Assembly: GCA_051878345.1 (NCBI GenBank)
Contig: JBJEJX010000074.1
Location: 13,389 to 77,388 of the forward strand
Length of the DNA: 64,000 nucleotides
Source: Paludibacteraceae bacterium
GTDB taxonomy: Bacteria; Bacteroidota; Bacteroidia; Bacteroidales; Paludibacteraceae
Reading direction: 5' to 3'
The notes beneath the pieces were generated by a model. The model was given only the letters and a program-made list of their open reading frames with translations, did no database searches and was not told the origin of the DNA. Every line of letters begins with the position of its first letter. The first letter of the stretch is position 1. Shown in pieces: positions 63,669-64,000 of this stretch. Position numbers and translations under genes: made by a program.

Positions 63669-64000
63669 CTATATCGCGTCCACGAACTTCACCAGTGCCT
63701 CGCGGTCTTCTTTTGGGAGGTTATAGAACTGCACGGTGCTCTCGTAGGCGTCTGACTCGGCGGAGTAGCCGTGCCAGAGGATAGCCTCCACGGCGTTGCG
63801 GGCGCGGGTATCGTGGAGCCGTGCGGCGTAGTCATCGCCCGTAACTTTCTGGTGCAGTCCGCGTCCCCAGAGCGGCGTGGTGCGGCACCAGCCCGTGCGG
63901 ATGTCGTTCTCCATGCAGAGTTTATGCTGCACCATGTCGGTGTATGGCCAAATGGTCTGGTAGGGGTAGCGCGGCATGTCGCTGTTGCGGGTGAAGAAGC
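63669..64000 (-). CDS. Di-haem oxidoreductase-like protein (DUF1111-like), 5' end outside window
   Basis: The C-terminal RTTPLWGRGL ... AILWHG ... LPKEDREALVKFVDAI resembles DUF1111 proteins. The frame is open to the window edge. Confidence 0.55.
   Translation of the reverse strand, partial: FFTRNSDMPRYPYQTIWPYTDMVQHKLCMENDIRTGWCRTTPLWGRGLHQKVTGDDYAARLHDTRARNAVEAILWHGYSAESDAYESTVQFYNLPKEDREALVKFVDAI

Overview
This window is a chromosomal segment of a Bacteroidota genome, Bacteroidales and probably Prevotellaceae-like. The assignment rests on TTTG/TAnnTTTG promoters, BspA-type LRR surface proteins and the gene content. Core genes include pckA, nadA, corA, rsmA, rpsP, topA, recJ, floA, cobB and mrdA-mreDCB. 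There is also a CDF / TonB-receptor / HMA metal cluster and a GntR-lyase-cupin-MFS uronate cluster. Two tRNAs, Pro-CGG and Arg-CCG, were folded by hand.

The main candidate for something new is a visibly AT-rich island of about 11.7 kb (roughly 19737-31486). It starts just after tRNA-Pro and its terminator, and all its genes are on the minus strand. It carries two serine recombinases and two signalling modules:
- A tight six-gene operon with a TerY-P-like triad (vWA, PP2C phosphatase, Ser/Thr kinase), a zinc-ribbon protein and two proteins of unknown family.
- An unknown 208-aa protein translationally coupled to a membrane Ser/Thr kinase, next to an LRR protein that has no signal peptide.

The right edge of the island cuts off both an MFS transporter gene and the LRR gene. 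The large recombinase ORF finds its stop codon only after reading antisense through tRNA-Pro.

The second theme is an unusual load of short repeat families. These are GGGAGGG palindromes, CTCAAC repeats, CACTAAY heptamers, 10-11-bp phased repeats and low-complexity inverted arms. Several sit in frame inside conserved genes (a CCA-type nucleotidyltransferase, mreC, a TonB receptor, tsaC). A GC-rich element of about 190 nt ending in a hairpin occurs three times, each time just downstream of a gene. A triple-hairpin element lies about 45-50 nt upstream of two genes for secreted proteins.

Two genes are split by single frameshifts, and an IS30 transposase relic is present. All calls come from reading the sequence and from motif memory; no database search was run.
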